A stretch of DNA of 62,474 bases, the filler included, from an uncultured bacterium (GTDB taxonomy: Bacteria > Hinthialibacterota > Hinthialibacteria > Hinthialibacterales > Hinthialibacteraceae): the NCBI GenBank assembly GCA_964449065.1. It is 8 parts of 8 records of this genome, joined end to end, with 100 filler letters (N's around TTAATTAATTAA, not from the genome) between each part and the next. Parts side by side here need not be neighbours in the genome. Positions count along the whole stretch, not along the records: positions 39,542 to 47,142 come from CAYVAZ010000253.1; positions 47,243 to 54,828 come from CAYVAZ010000254.1; 6 more parts are not named here. The stretch is one strand, 5' to 3'. Below the pieces are notes generated by a model. That model ran no database searches. It was not told the DNA's origin and saw only the letters and a program-made list of their open reading frames with translations. Positions within the stretch are counted from its first letter, which is position 1. Every line of letters begins with the position of its first letter. This document shows positions 39,614-50,282 of this stretch, piece by piece. The translations under genes were made by a program, and so were the position numbers.

Positions 39614-42259
39614 TCATTCTTCAAACGTCAATACTTTCCCATCATTGGTGAGGAAAGCCCAGGTACCATCCGACGTGCGTTCAGCATCCTTGATCCAATC
39701 TTCTGCTTTATAGTAGGGAGAGCGCACAGGCGGTATGCCTTCGGTATTGTGGATCGCCCCCAAGGCATCCACCACATAAAAGCCGCCATCAACCGGAATC
39801 AAACAGCGGCAAACATCCGCGCCAAAATCGGGGAGATTGTATTGGCTATCTACTTCACCCAACTGTAAGAGTTTCCCTGAACCATACAAAACAAACACTT
39901 CCCCGTCTGCTGTCACTGCAACATCCTGCGGTGGGGTAGTGGTTTGAGGGAGGTCATAATATTGAACGCCGCTATCATCACTTCCTGATAACACCCTTTG
40001 TTTATTCGTTAATTCCGCAACAAAACGGCCGTTTCTATGTGTCGCGACAATCGCTTCTCCTTCCTTTTTTTGTGGAGCATCCGCAGGAATAATTGTCGTT
40101 TTCATGCCATTATTTTTACTGCGAATCGTAACGAGACCGTTTTGTTCGTCCCAATACACACCTTTTACATGATTGGGATCAATTTCAAATTGTTCATAGA
40201 GTTCCCCATCCAATTGCAGCAATTCGCCTTGATTCGACAGTTTCATAATTTCATCTTGTACAACAACCAGATCAATAAAATACTGCGGCTCTGTTTTGCC
40301 CTGATCTATATGCTTGCGGTGGCGAATCGAGACGGTATCGAATAACACCGAGGTCAACGGCTCTAGCGTTACACGGGTTTCAACCGGCATATCCATATTG
40401 ACGGTTTGGGTGAGGGTGAAGTCTTTGTATTCATTGGTAATATCTTCACCAACATACAACCGCTTTGATGCCAGGAACTCATCCCCACTTTGAATGGCAA
40501 TTTGTACCGATCCTTTTTCTTGCGGCTGGGGAGATTCTAAACGAAAGGTGAAGTCATACACCCCATTGGGGAAGTGGAAATAAGGGCCGTAAGCGATTAG
40601 TTGTGCACCCCCCTTCGATTGAGCAAGCAACGCGCTTCCCCGCACTGCGGCTTCATCTTCCACCAACTCGGCGTTTTCCGTCAAAAGCTGTTCGGCTTGG
40701 ATCACGGCGGGTGGAGTAATGACTTTGGTATCAAGATAATCTTGCCGCTGTGCATCACTCAAAGGCTTATTGAGATTGGCCACAAAAAAGCGCGGACCGA
40801 TATACCCGATCTCATAATTCGTATAGATATATTGCCCCATTGGATGGTTTTGCAGATACAGCAAGGGATGATTGCCGGGCGCTTCGTTGAGGCCGAAATA
40901 ATAATCCGCCCCTTGCGCGCGGTGACGCTCTACCCATTCATCATCGACCACTCCTTCTTGCGGATCACGGTGGCGGTGCCATCCATTGCGGCCGGTGAAA
41001 TAAAAGAATTCCGGCGTGTGCAGAATCTCATCCATCACCAAAATCAACGAATCTTTTGGAATACGGCTTTGCATTGCTTTGGCGTCTTGATAATAGTGAT
41101 ACCACTGGCGGTAGGCATCAAAACGCAGTAAGCCAATGAACCCAACCACTCCCATCAAAAAAGGAACCAGCCATACTGCATAGCGAAATGGATTGGGCAG
41201 CGCTTTATAAATCCACTCACAACCGTACGCGCAAACCAAAGAAAGCGGGACAATCGGCAGCAGCGAATAATAATCATGCCCCCGGTGATGGGCGGCAATC
41301 ACCGCATAAAAAATAAAGGTTGCCAGCAGCCATGATAATAAGAACCAGCGTTTCGGCTGGAAAAAACAAAGCCGGATGAATCCCAATGAAAATGGAAGCC
41401 ACCCAACATACGCAAAGATATTCTCTGAAATTCGTTCGACTAAAATGGTTTCCCAATTGCGCCATTGCCAGTTTATGGCCAGATATTCGAAAACAGTGAC
41501 ATCCTTAAAATGCCGCATAAACGAGGCCTTCGATTCGGCATAAAACATGCCGGCATGGGCATACCACATCACAGCCGGAAGAAAAATAACCGCCAAAGCA
41601 ATCCAAACGTGTTTGTTCTTAATAAACCGCCACCCGCTTCGGTAAAACAATATCCACAACAGCGGGAACGAAACCATGAGGCATGGGGGTTTCATCAACA
41701 CACCAATCGACAAAGCAATGGCGGATAAATACATCCATTTGATTTGCAACGAATTCATCCACCGCAAAAACATCGCCACCGAGAGGGCAGCAAAAAACAC
41801 CATAGCCATATCGGGCATAAAGGCTCTTCCGTAATAGATGGATAGGGGGGAAACAGCAAAAAAAGCGGCGGCGAATAATCCAAGTGTTTCGTTTCTCCAT
41901 TGTCTTCCAATATCCCAAACGGCGATCACAACTCCCAGCGAAGCCAAAAGCGACATCACGCGCCCCCAACCATCCCAGGGGACCGTAAAAAAATACAGCC
42001 ACGAAATCAAATAGGGAAAGATGGGAAATTCCATCTCGGCATGGCCGCCTTCACCAACCCAATCGATTTCAGGATAGAGGAACGGCACGTTATCCTGATA
42101 ATAATTCATCGCGATGGCGGCGGTTTCGGTTTGACGCCAAGCGTTCCAGTCATACAGTGGACTGGTGATCTTATATAGGCGTAAACCGGTTGCTATGAAC
42201 AGGATACAGAGAAGAATCCCATGCGTTTTGATCCACGGTTGCAAATAAACACCATTCAA
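39614..42259 (-). CDS. GT39/ArnT-like (GT-C) membrane glycosyltransferase with a long C-terminal extracytoplasmic region
   Basis: WRQTETA.IA.NY, EFPI.PY, SP...YYGRAFMPD; multiple TM segments followed by about 480 soluble aa. Confidence 0.82.
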   Translation of the reverse strand: MNGVYLQPWIKTHGILLCILFIATGLRLYKITSPLYDWNAWRQTETAAIAMNYYQDNVPFLYPEIDWVGEGGHAEMEFPIFPYLISWLYFFTVPWDGWGRVMSLLASLGVVIAVWDIGRQWRNETLGLFAAAFFAVSPLSIYYGRAFMPDMAMVFFAALSVAMFLRWMNSLQIKWMYLSAIALSIGVLMKPPCLMVSFPLLWILFYRSGWRFIKNKHVWIALAVIFLPAVMWYAHAGMFYAESKASFMRHFKDVTVFEYLAINWQWRNWETILVERISENIFAYVGWLPFSLGFIRLCFFQPKRWFLLSWLLATFIFYAVIAAHHRGHDYYSLLPIVPLSLVCAYGCEWIYKALPNPFRYAVWLVPFLMGVVGFIGLLRFDAYRQWYHYYQDAKAMQSRIPKDSLILVMDEILHTPEFFYFTGRNGWHRHRDPQEGVVDDEWVERHRAQGADYYFGLNEAPGNHPLLYLQNHPMGQYIYTNYEIGYIGPRFFVANLNKPLSDAQRQDYLDTKVITPPAVIQAEQLLTENAELVEDEAAVRGSALLAQSKGGAQLIAYGPYFHFPNGVYDFTFRLESPQPQEKGSVQIAIQSGDEFLASKRLYVGEDITNEYKDFTLTQTVNMDMPVETRVTLEPLTSVLFDTVSIRHRKHIDQGKTEPQYFIDLVVVQDEIMKLSNQGELLQLDGELYEQFEIDPNHVKGVYWDEQNGLVTIRSKNNGMKTTIIPADAPQKKEGEAIVATHRNGRFVAELTNKQRVLSGSDDSGVQYYDLPQTTTPPQDVAVTADGEVFVLYGSGKLLQLGEVDSQYNLPDFGADVCRCLIPVDGGFYVVDALGAIHNTEGIPPVRSPYYKAEDWIKDAERTSDGTWAFLTNDGKVLTFEE

Positions 42260-42434
42260 TGTCTACCTCTTAAATCGTTGACAAGATTTGCCGGATATAC
42301 ACTTTTCATTACGAAAGATATAGTATACTACTTTTAACGATTATTTTGTTGATGTTGTACCAAAAAAGACGCTGCCCATTTCATGAGATACTCTATGAAA
42401 TAAAATACCCAATGTATTGACAAGAGGAAAGCAA

Positions 42435-43280
42435 ATGAAGCAATCTTTTTATAACGTTCTTTGGATGTATTGTGCATTGATCATCGCGCAGCAAGCCGCC
42501 GCTTTTCAATGGAACGATAATCTCGAAGAAACCCTAAAAACCGCTAAAGAAAAAGACAAGCCGGTTTTGGTGTATTGCTATCACCCCAATTCCCTCAAAG
42601 AAGACAAGAAAATATGGCTGCACCCGTTGCTGCAAAAGTTCAGCAATGACTTTTTGGCCGTCAACCTGAACATTGATCACAACGGTGAGTTTGTAGCCGA
42701 ACGCCGGGTACAAGGCTTTCCAGCAGTATTGTTTTTTGACCCGGATGGCAATGAACTGCTATCGTTCCGCTATGAAGAAAAATTTAAGCGCACCCTGCTG
42801 GCTCTGCGGTTTCGGCAGGTATTGGACGCGATAGAAGAATTTGAACTCGTCAAAAGTATAGTAAAAGCTGGTCAGACCAAAGAACCGCGTATGATTTATC
42901 TCTACGCGAAAGGCATGAGGAACCGCGGATTTTTTGACGAAGCCGAAGAATACTTCAACCACTTACTGCATCAAAAAAATATTCCCGAACCATTGATGCT
43001 CAGAATAAAAGACGCCTATATTAATATGTTCTTTTTAAAAGCCACCCGCGCTTTTTACGAAGGCGATTTCGAACTCAGTATCGATACCCTGCAGCAGTAT
43101 CTGAACCGCTACCCTGGGGATGAAGGAGTTCACAAGGCCAACTTTCTGTTAGGGATGTCCTTTTTTGAAGCGGGAGCCCGAAACGAGGGGGCATCCATCT
43201 TAAAGAAATTGGCAAGAGATTCATCTGCGGGTATTATACAAGAAAAAGCCAAGCGGTATTTGGAAGAAAAGAAAGGTTGA
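42435..43280 (+). CDS. Exported thioredoxin-like fold plus TPR protein (no CXXC)
   Basis: Signal peptide, W..NLEE.L..AK..DKPVLV, V.GFP.VLF.DP.G.EL and C-terminal TPR-like helices. Confidence 0.72.
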   Translation: MKQSFYNVLWMYCALIIAQQAAAFQWNDNLEETLKTAKEKDKPVLVYCYHPNSLKEDKKIWLHPLLQKFSNDFLAVNLNIDHNGEFVAERRVQGFPAVLFFDPDGNELLSFRYEEKFKRTLLALRFRQVLDAIEEFELVKSIVKAGQTKEPRMIYLYAKGMRNRGFFDEAEEYFNHLLHQKNIPEPLMLRIKDAYINMFFLKATRAFYEGDFELSIDTLQQYLNRYPGDEGVHKANFLLGMSFFEAGARNEGASILKKLARDSSAGIIQEKAKRYLEEKKG

Positions 43281-43286
43281 TGGATC

Positions 43287-44416
43287 CTGCGTACTGTCTA
43301 CAGCGATTGCCGTTTTTATTTGGGAGACCGCCCCTGCCAGCCGCATAAAGAACACGGGGTCATCTGTGAGGGATGCCCCCATTATGATCCTATTACTACC
43401 CGTATCCTTGTAATTAAACTGGGGGCCTCCGGCGATGTACTGCGAACCACCGCCATTTTAGGTTCTCTCAAAGAAATGTATCCCCAGTCACACATCACTT
43501 GGATTTGCGGCCCTTCCAGTGCCGATGTGATTCGCCACACCCCCTTTATAGACCGCCCGCTCACCATTCAAGAAGAATCGCTTTGCCTGCTTCGGCAGGA
43601 AGAATTTGATCTTTGTATTAATTTTGATCTGGATCCACTGGCGACCGCCATTACCGCAGAGACCCGCGCCAACGAATATAAAGGATACGGCAGAACCCCG
43701 CGCGGAGAGGTCACGGCCTTTGATCCGGCCGGAGAAGAATGGCTGGCGATGAGCTTGTGGGATGACAAAAAGAAAGCCAACACGCGAACATACCAATCTC
43801 ACATGCGCGGGTTGATTCACGCGCCGGAAAACAACCACCCCATCTTGGTTCCGTTGCTGCCGGAAATGATGGAATTGGCCGAAGAATTCGCGGAGGCGAA
43901 TGACATCCTGCATGAAACAATCATTGGGTTAAATGTTGGAGCGGGACACCGCTGGCAGCACAAAAAATGGACCGTGGACGGTTTTGTAAGATTGGCGGAA
44001 TTGATCCATACGAATCTGAAAGCGGAACTATTAATTTTATACGGCCCCGATGATTTTGACCGCGCGCAAGACATCTTTTCCGCATTAACCGTTCCCTATA
44101 TTGATGCCGGACTGCATGAATCCATGCTGGAATTTTTTGCCTATTTGAATTTGTGCAGTGTGGTGGTGACCGGTGACACATTCGCGTTGCATGCCGCGCT
44201 GGGATTGGGCAAACGGGTGGTTTGTTTTGTCGGGCCGACATCCNNNNNNNNNNCGCCTCAGAACTGGAAATGTACGGCCAAGGGGTTATTTTACATGGGC
44301 AAATCGATTGTTTGGGGTGCTATCTTACCCGGTGCGATAAAGATCCCCACTGTATGAAGCTGCTGGAGGCGGACACCGTGTATCAAGCAGCCAAAAACCA
44401 ATTGGACCAACTGTAA
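43287..44416 (+). CDS. GT9 heptosyltransferase-like glycosyltransferase (split only by the 10-N gap at 44244-44253)
   Basis: IKLGASGDVLRTT, KKW, VTGDT..LHAA.GLG and GPT; Cys-rich N-terminus; start inferred at CTG 43287. Confidence 0.85.
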
Positions 44417-44423
44417 AACCGCT

Positions 44424-45236
44424 ATGAAACCATCGTTTAAATCATTAAATACATCAAGCAAAAGCTGGCGCAACCACCAACGAATCGCGTTTATTAAAGG
44501 CTTTTACAAAGCCCGGCAAGACGTGATGCAATTGTGCCGTCATTACGAAAACAATCATGTCTTAGACCACGACGCGATTGATTCGGTTTTGGAAAATCAT
44601 CTACGGGAATTGAAAGATTTATCGCACACGCTTTACCGTGTCGAATCACCGGAAAGCAAAGAGATGGAACAGCGTTTGTTTGATAAAGTCATCGGCGAAG
44701 TTTGGCACGAAATGGGGAAAGCCCGCGACAACATGCGGTTGTTGGAGGCCTATACGACTCAAGTCAGCGGCATCAACCAAAAGTTTGCCCGGTCGATTTC
44801 CTATCTAGAAAAGCAGGTGATCGCCTCCGCAAGACGGGATTTGCCGGGACAAATGAAGCGCAGCCACCGCATGATGGAAAAATTGGTTTCTCTTTTTGAG
44901 CTTATCCTGCCCTTGTACAGGGATAACGATATTATTTTTCGTACCCTTTATTTTTCTCAAAACACGCTTGACCCTTTTTGCGAACCCAATGCGGTCGAAT
45001 ATTTTTTTCGCACCATTTTCGGATCGGTAGCAGAGGGCTATGTACAATTGATTCGGTCCCTGCTGAACACAAAGCATATTTTGGCGGCCCAAGATGTGCT
45101 GGAAGAATTCCGCGAATGGGAACACGAAAATCAAAAGGGCAACCGATGTTTAAAAATTGCCGAGCGCGAATTGAACGCCTCCCTGCATCATTCACACCCG
45201 AAACGCCGTAAAGATTCCACTCCGACACCATCGTGA
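44424..45236 (+). CDS. Hypothetical helical protein upstream of hisH
   Basis: 270-aa ORF in the operon orientation; LKDLSH.LYR and LFD..IGE.WHE patterns. Confidence 0.7.
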   Translation: MKPSFKSLNTSSKSWRNHQRIAFIKGFYKARQDVMQLCRHYENNHVLDHDAIDSVLENHLRELKDLSHTLYRVESPESKEMEQRLFDKVIGEVWHEMGKARDNMRLLEAYTTQVSGINQKFARSISYLEKQVIASARRDLPGQMKRSHRMMEKLVSLFELILPLYRDNDIIFRTLYFSQNTLDPFCEPNAVEYFFRTIFGSVAEGYVQLIRSLLNTKHILAAQDVLEEFREWEHENQKGNRCLKIAERELNASLHHSHPKRRKDSTPTPS

Positions 45237-45284
45237 TACAATTCGGACCAAATAAATGAGAATGTTCATTCAAAGAAAAATCCT

Positions 45285-45908
45285 ATGATCGCAATCATCG
45301 ATTACGAAGCGGGCAATTTAACTAGCGTGGAACGGGCGGTTCAATATTTAGGCCACGAGGTCGAAATTACCCGCGACCACCAAAAAATTCGCGATGCCGA
45401 TCGTCTCATATTTCCCGGCGTGGGCGCCGCTGGATTTTCCATGGAAGTGCTCAACCGCGAAGGTCTCACGGAACTTGTCAAAGAACAGGTTCAGGAAGCG
45501 GGCAAACCCTTTTTGGCGATTTGCATCGGAATACAAATCATTTTTGAAAGCAGCGAAGAAGACGATACCCAATGCTTGGGTCTTTTGCCCGGTAGTGTCA
45601 AGATGTTTCGGGAAACGGCCTGGCAGGATGAAATTTTGAAAGTCCCGCAAATCGGTTGGAACCAATTGTTTCAGGTCAAGGATCATCCCCTCTACAACGG
45701 GGTACAAGACGGCGCGGAAGTGTATTATGTCAACTCGTACTTTTGCGAACCGTCTGACCGTTCCGTGGTGATCGGAGAATCGGATTACGGAATCCGCTTT
45801 GCCAGTGTTGTGGCGAAAGAGAATATCGTCGCCACCCAGTTTCATTTAGAAAAAAGCGGCCCGATCGGTTTACGAATGTTAAACAATTTTTTGCAATGGA
45901 ATGCTTAA
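45285..45908 (+). CDS. hisH: Imidazole glycerol phosphate synthase, glutaminase subunit
   Basis: IIDY.AGNL.SV, FPGVGA, ICIG.Q, VPQIGWN and QFHLEKSG. Confidence 0.95.
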   Translation: MIAIIDYEAGNLTSVERAVQYLGHEVEITRDHQKIRDADRLIFPGVGAAGFSMEVLNREGLTELVKEQVQEAGKPFLAICIGIQIIFESSEEDDTQCLGLLPGSVKMFRETAWQDEILKVPQIGWNQLFQVKDHPLYNGVQDGAEVYYVNSYFCEPSDRSVVIGESDYGIRFASVVAKENIVATQFHLEKSGPIGLRMLNNFLQWNA

Positions 45909-45956
45909 CAATAGAATGTTTAACACAAAAACGCCATAGAATTTGAGAATCAATTC

Positions 45957-46736
45957 ATGCTAACGAAACGAATTATCCCCTGTTTGGATGTACGCGCCGG
46001 CCACGTCACCAAAGGTGTCGAGTTTAAAAACAATGTTGATTTGGGTGATCCTGTTGCCATGGCCAAAGTGTATTATGAAGAAGGCGCCGACGAGATTGTC
46101 TTTTACGACATCACCGCCAGCAGCGACGAACGCGATATCATGATCGAAGTGGTCAGCCGTACCGCCGAAGAGATTTTCATTCCCTATTCGGTCGGCGGCG
46201 GCATTCGCACCATCGAAGACATGCGCAAGGTATTGTTGGCCGGGGCGGAGAAAATTAGCGTGAATTCCGCGGCGGTGCTCCATCCGGAAATCATCGCGCA
46301 GGGCAAACGCGCCTTCGGCAGCCAGTGCATCGTATTAAGCATGGATGTTAAAACCGTGAAACCCACCAGCGAAATCCCTTCCGGCTATGAAATTTATATC
46401 AACGGCGGCCGCAAAGCGATGGGGATGGATGCCATCGAATGGGCAAAGCGCGGAGAAGAATTGGGAGCGGGTGAATTGGTGGTCAACAGCATTGATGCCG
46501 ATGGCACCACCGCCGGTTTTGAACTGAATTTAACCCGGCACATGGCAGAAGCCGTCGGCATTCCCGTCATCGCCAGCGGGGGTGCGGGTACCCCGCAGCA
46601 TTTATACGATGTCTTTACCAAAGGCAAAGCCGATGCCGCCATTGTGGCCTCGATGGTGCATTTCGGTTCCTACAAAATCGGTGAGATCAAGCAATATCTG
46701 CATAAACGCGGATTGCGCATCCGCACCGGTTACTAG
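45957..46736 (+). CDS. hisF: Imidazole glycerol phosphate synthase, cyclase subunit
   Basis: [37 protein letters not shown] and IASGGAG. Confidence 0.96.
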   Translation: MLTKRIIPCLDVRAGHVTKGVEFKNNVDLGDPVAMAKVYYEEGADEIVFYDITASSDERDIMIEVVSRTAEEIFIPYSVGGGIRTIEDMRKVLLAGAEKISVNSAAVLHPEIIAQGKRAFGSQCIVLSMDVKTVKPTSEIPSGYEIYINGGRKAMGMDAIEWAKRGEELGAGELVVNSIDADGTTAGFELNLTRHMAEAVGIPVIASGGAGTPQHLYDVFTKGKADAAIVASMVHFGSYKIGEIKQYLHKRGLRIRTGY

Positions 46737-46792
46737 CATTTTGCCCGGATCGTTAATCTCCGCATGGAATAGAGTAAGGGATAAGGGGTACC

Positions 46793-47142
46793 ATGAATCA
46801 TTTTATTGAAACATACGCCTACGCGCGTGCCGGATTGATCGGAAATCCCTCCGACGGCTATTTTGGAAAAACCATCTCCCTCTCCATCCGCAATTTTCGC
46901 GCCCGTGTCATTTGTTACCCTTCCGCCAATTTGCAAATTAAACCCGGAGCCATCGACAAACCAGTATGGAGTTCCATCGACGATTTACGCGAAGGCGTCA
47001 AACTGCAAGGGTATTATGGCGGCGTAAGGCTGATTCGGGCCATCATCAAGCAGTTTGCCGACTTCTGCGATCAGGAAGGCATTTCCCTGCCCCACCGCAA
47101 TTTCACCATCGAGTATGAATCCAACATTCCCGGACGGGTGGG
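46793..47142 (+). CDS. GHMP-family kinase (glucuronokinase-like), 3'-truncated
   Basis: AYARAGLIGNPSDGYFGKTIS, GYYGG.RL and Y.SNIP..VG at the contig end. Confidence 0.75.
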
Positions 47143-47467
47143 NNNNNNNNNNNNNNNNNNNNNNNNNNNNNNNNNNNNNNNNNNNNTTAATTAATTAANN
47201 NNNNNNNNNNNNNNNNNNNNNNNNNNNNNNNNNNNNNNNNNNAAATAATGACTGATAAGCGCGGCGTAAGCCCAGCGAAAGGAAGATGTTAAGTATTGAA
47301 TATACAGCAATCTCAAATTGCATAGGTATAAATACCATTTTCACCGCAACTTGGTATAACTTCATCCCTCATTGGTTTCACGGAAGGTCTCTTCCCCGGC
47401 ATTCTAACAAAGCAATCTGCTGAATCACTCTGTGTATTGTTCACAATCTCCAATCGCATCCGCTGAA

Positions 47468-50128
47468 TTAAATGTGTGTTGATGCCCCTGCTGGATATTG
47501 TTCTTCTTCAAACGAAAGATCATCGGAGGTGACACGGATAATCTCATCGATAGAGGTGATCCCTGCCAACACCTTATAAATCCCTTCTTCACGAAGGGTT
47601 TTCATTCCCGCTTTGATGGATGCTTCACGAATGTCCAGCGAAGTCGCGCTGGCTTCAACCAAATTCCGAATTTCCCGGTTGGGCACCAAAATTTCATAGA
47701 TACCGGTTCGTCCCACAAATCCGGTATGGTTGCAATCGCGGCAGCCTTTTTCTTTGTAGATATTTTTCCCGTCTAATATACCGCCTTCTCTGCCCAGCCG
47801 TTTCATTTCCGCATTGGTGGCTACGGCGGCTTTTTTACAGGTCGGGCATAATTTACGGACCAAACGCTGGGCGACAATACATTGCAGGGCTGAACTCAGC
47901 AGTTTTACATCCACACCGATATCAATTAATCGGGCCAACGTTTGTGAAGTATCGGTTGTATGCAAGGTTGAATACACCATGTGCCCCGTCAGGGCCGCGT
48001 TTACGGCAATGGTGGCGGTTTCCAAGTCGCGAATCTCTCCAACCATGATGATATCCGGGTCTTGCCGAAGGATGGATTTCAACGCGTTGGCAAAGGTCAT
48101 TCCGGTCGCGCTGTTGTGCTGAATTTGGTTAATGCCGTTTAATTCGTACTCAATCGGGTCTTCGACGGTAATGATGTTCTTTGTGCCGTCATTAACGAAC
48201 TGCAAAGATGAATACAGCAGGGTGGTTTTGCCGCTTCCGGTCGGTCCGGTTGCCAGGATAAGACCGTGTGGAGAGATGACCGCATTGTGGTATTGCTCCA
48301 AGGTTTCTTCGCGCATTCCAAGCCGGTCTAATGTGGTAGAGACCATGCGTTGATCCAGCAGTCGAAGGACCCCTTTTTCACCGTGGTTTGTCGGGATCGT
48401 GGAAACCCGTACATTTATGTCTTCGCCCATAATCACCCGTCGGAAATGGCCGTCCTGCGGTTTGCGTTTTTCGGCAATATCCAAACTGCACATAACCTTA
48501 ATGCTGCTCACGATGAAAGGTTGCAGTATACGGTCTAATTTAAGGGTTTCCGTAATCACCCCATCCACCCGGTAGCGGATATCCAAGGACTGTTCGACCG
48601 GTTCAATGTGGATATCACTGGCACGGATCCTTCTCCCTTGTACCATGATGAGTTGAATCAATTCCAGCATTTGCTGCCGCTGCGTTTCATCGGTTTCGCC
48701 GCCGGAGCGCTGTTTGGCGAGAATGATGCTGCCTGCCTGCCGTTCAATGAGTTCCGGCATCGTGAAAATTGGCTTGATCTTTGTATTGCAGAAAGGGCAT
48801 ACATCGAATTCGTAATTCTCAAACAATTGAGGGTTTTCCAGTGAACGATTGCAGGAGGGACACTTTCGACCCGGTTTTTCCCGAATCATACGGTCGATGA
48901 AATAAAAGATCAGACCGAACAATCCGGTGTAGCGAACTATTTTATGCCAGTTGTAATAGATGATTTTGCGGTTGGGTAAATCCTTCAGCAAAATTTTCAT
49001 GGGGATATACCAAAAGACAATCAACACGGCAATGAGCGCGCCTAAGGCTTTCAAAATGCTGAAGATCATCGGTACCACGTCCGTGGATCCACTCGCGGCG
49101 TTGGAAAACAGGTCTGTAATATTGCTCCTAAAATTTCCAAACCATTGTCCGATAGCTTGCGAAGTGGAACGCTCTTCTTGCGCTTGTTCTTCCACAGCCG
49201 GTTGGCGCTGCCGGGCGATGAGCGGGGTGGGTTTGGGGGCCAATTCGCGTTCGGCCCTGTTTAATGCCCGCTGCAAACGGCTGGCTTGCCATCCACTTAA
49301 ACCGGCTTGGCTGACATTTTTAAGATAACTGTGGGTTAACCGGTAGTTTTCGTTTTCATAAGCGATTAGACCTAAATAAAGTTCAGCCAAATTATTGCCG
49401 GGGTCTAATTTTAAGGCCTCTTTAAAGGCGCTCTCCGCCTGGTTCAAGTTCCCTTTGCCGTATTGAAACTCTTTTTCTCCTTGCAGAATGTACAGTTCCG
49501 CCAGTTGAGTTTCCAAACCGCTGGCGACCGGGTTTTCCGGATAATTATCAAGTACCACTTTAAAATGCTTGATGGCCTCGCCGTATTGATTTTGATCAAT
49601 TGCCCGTTTTCCGGCATTGTAATGGCTTTGGGCGATTTTGTTATCCAATGATACTTTGGCGGATTGCAGCGTGGATAAAGTGACGGGGTCGGAAATACGG
49701 GTTTTGAGATGTTCAATTGCCTGGATATCTTCCAGACCGTTTTTGAGGGGATCGTGTGTGGAAAGAGTATTGACAAAGCCTTGTACCGATTTGCGTAACC
49801 CGTTCACGACCGATTGTTTCTCTTCGCCGGTTTCCGCGAGTGATTGCGCTTGCAAAAACATATCCAACGCTTGATCATAATTGTTGCGGGTTTCTTCCAG
49901 GCGGGCTTGCGCCAAGAGGTTTTCAAACCGGGAACGTTCAACAATCCGGTCGATTCTCTCGCGTTTGAACGCGAATACCCCACCCGCGGTTTCAACCAAT
50001 ATTTCATTGGGACCGGATTCCCGGATCACACCTTCAATTTTTCTACCGTCTTTAAAATAGATTTCATCGGCTTGAGATAGGTGTCCGGCAAAACAAATGG
50101 TCAACAAGAGAATGAGGAATCGATTCAA
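47468..50128 (-). CDS. GspE/PilB-family secretion/pilus ATPase fused to a signal peptide, TPR region, TM helices and Zn ribbon
   Basis: ASDIHIEP, R.DG, LDIAEKRKPQDG, Walker A GPTGSGKTT, TVEDPIE, RQDPDIIMVGEIRD, TGH...TLH and CPTC...CRDC. N-terminal SQA|D signal peptide and TPRs. Confidence 0.9.
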   Translation of the reverse strand: MNRFLILLLTICFAGHLSQADEIYFKDGRKIEGVIRESGPNEILVETAGGVFAFKRERIDRIVERSRFENLLAQARLEETRNNYDQALDMFLQAQSLAETGEEKQSVVNGLRKSVQGFVNTLSTHDPLKNGLEDIQAIEHLKTRISDPVTLSTLQSAKVSLDNKIAQSHYNAGKRAIDQNQYGEAIKHFKVVLDNYPENPVASGLETQLAELYILQGEKEFQYGKGNLNQAESAFKEALKLDPGNNLAELYLGLIAYENENYRLTHSYLKNVSQAGLSGWQASRLQRALNRAERELAPKPTPLIARQRQPAVEEQAQEERSTSQAIGQWFGNFRSNITDLFSNAASGSTDVVPMIFSILKALGALIAVLIVFWYIPMKILLKDLPNRKIIYYNWHKIVRYTGLFGLIFYFIDRMIREKPGRKCPSCNRSLENPQLFENYEFDVCPFCNTKIKPIFTMPELIERQAGSIILAKQRSGGETDETQRQQMLELIQLIMVQGRRIRASDIHIEPVEQSLDIRYRVDGVITETLKLDRILQPFIVSSIKVMCSLDIAEKRKPQDGHFRRVIMGEDINVRVSTIPTNHGEKGVLRLLDQRMVSTTLDRLGMREETLEQYHNAVISPHGLILATGPTGSGKTTLLYSSLQFVNDGTKNIITVEDPIEYELNGINQIQHNSATGMTFANALKSILRQDPDIIMVGEIRDLETATIAVNAALTGHMVYSTLHTTDTSQTLARLIDIGVDVKLLSSALQCIVAQRLVRKLCPTCKKAAVATNAEMKRLGREGGILDGKNIYKEKGCRDCNHTGFVGRTGIYEILVPNREIRNLVEASATSLDIREASIKAGMKTLREEGIYKVLAGITSIDEIIRVTSDDLSFEEEQYPAGASTHI

Positions 50129-50282
50129 AAAAACTCTCCTTTGGAGACGACCGGTTTTTTTCTATGAGAGGTACTATATTCGATGAATCGTTATTTGTCA
50201 TTTATTATGAATCGGCTTAGGTATAGAGCAACTGTATCATCGGTTATGAAACCCGTCCACTGAAAAAAACAGTGCGGCGTGA

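Noticed and set aside
44222..44416. Apparent frameshift in the GT9 gene
   Set aside because: It coincides with a 10-N gap (44244-44253); GPTS and ASELE join naturally.
45720..45860. HisH motif variants (YYVNSY, FHLEKS)
   Set aside because: The catalytic Cys-His-Glu triad is retained and hisF is adjacent, so this is ordinary divergence.
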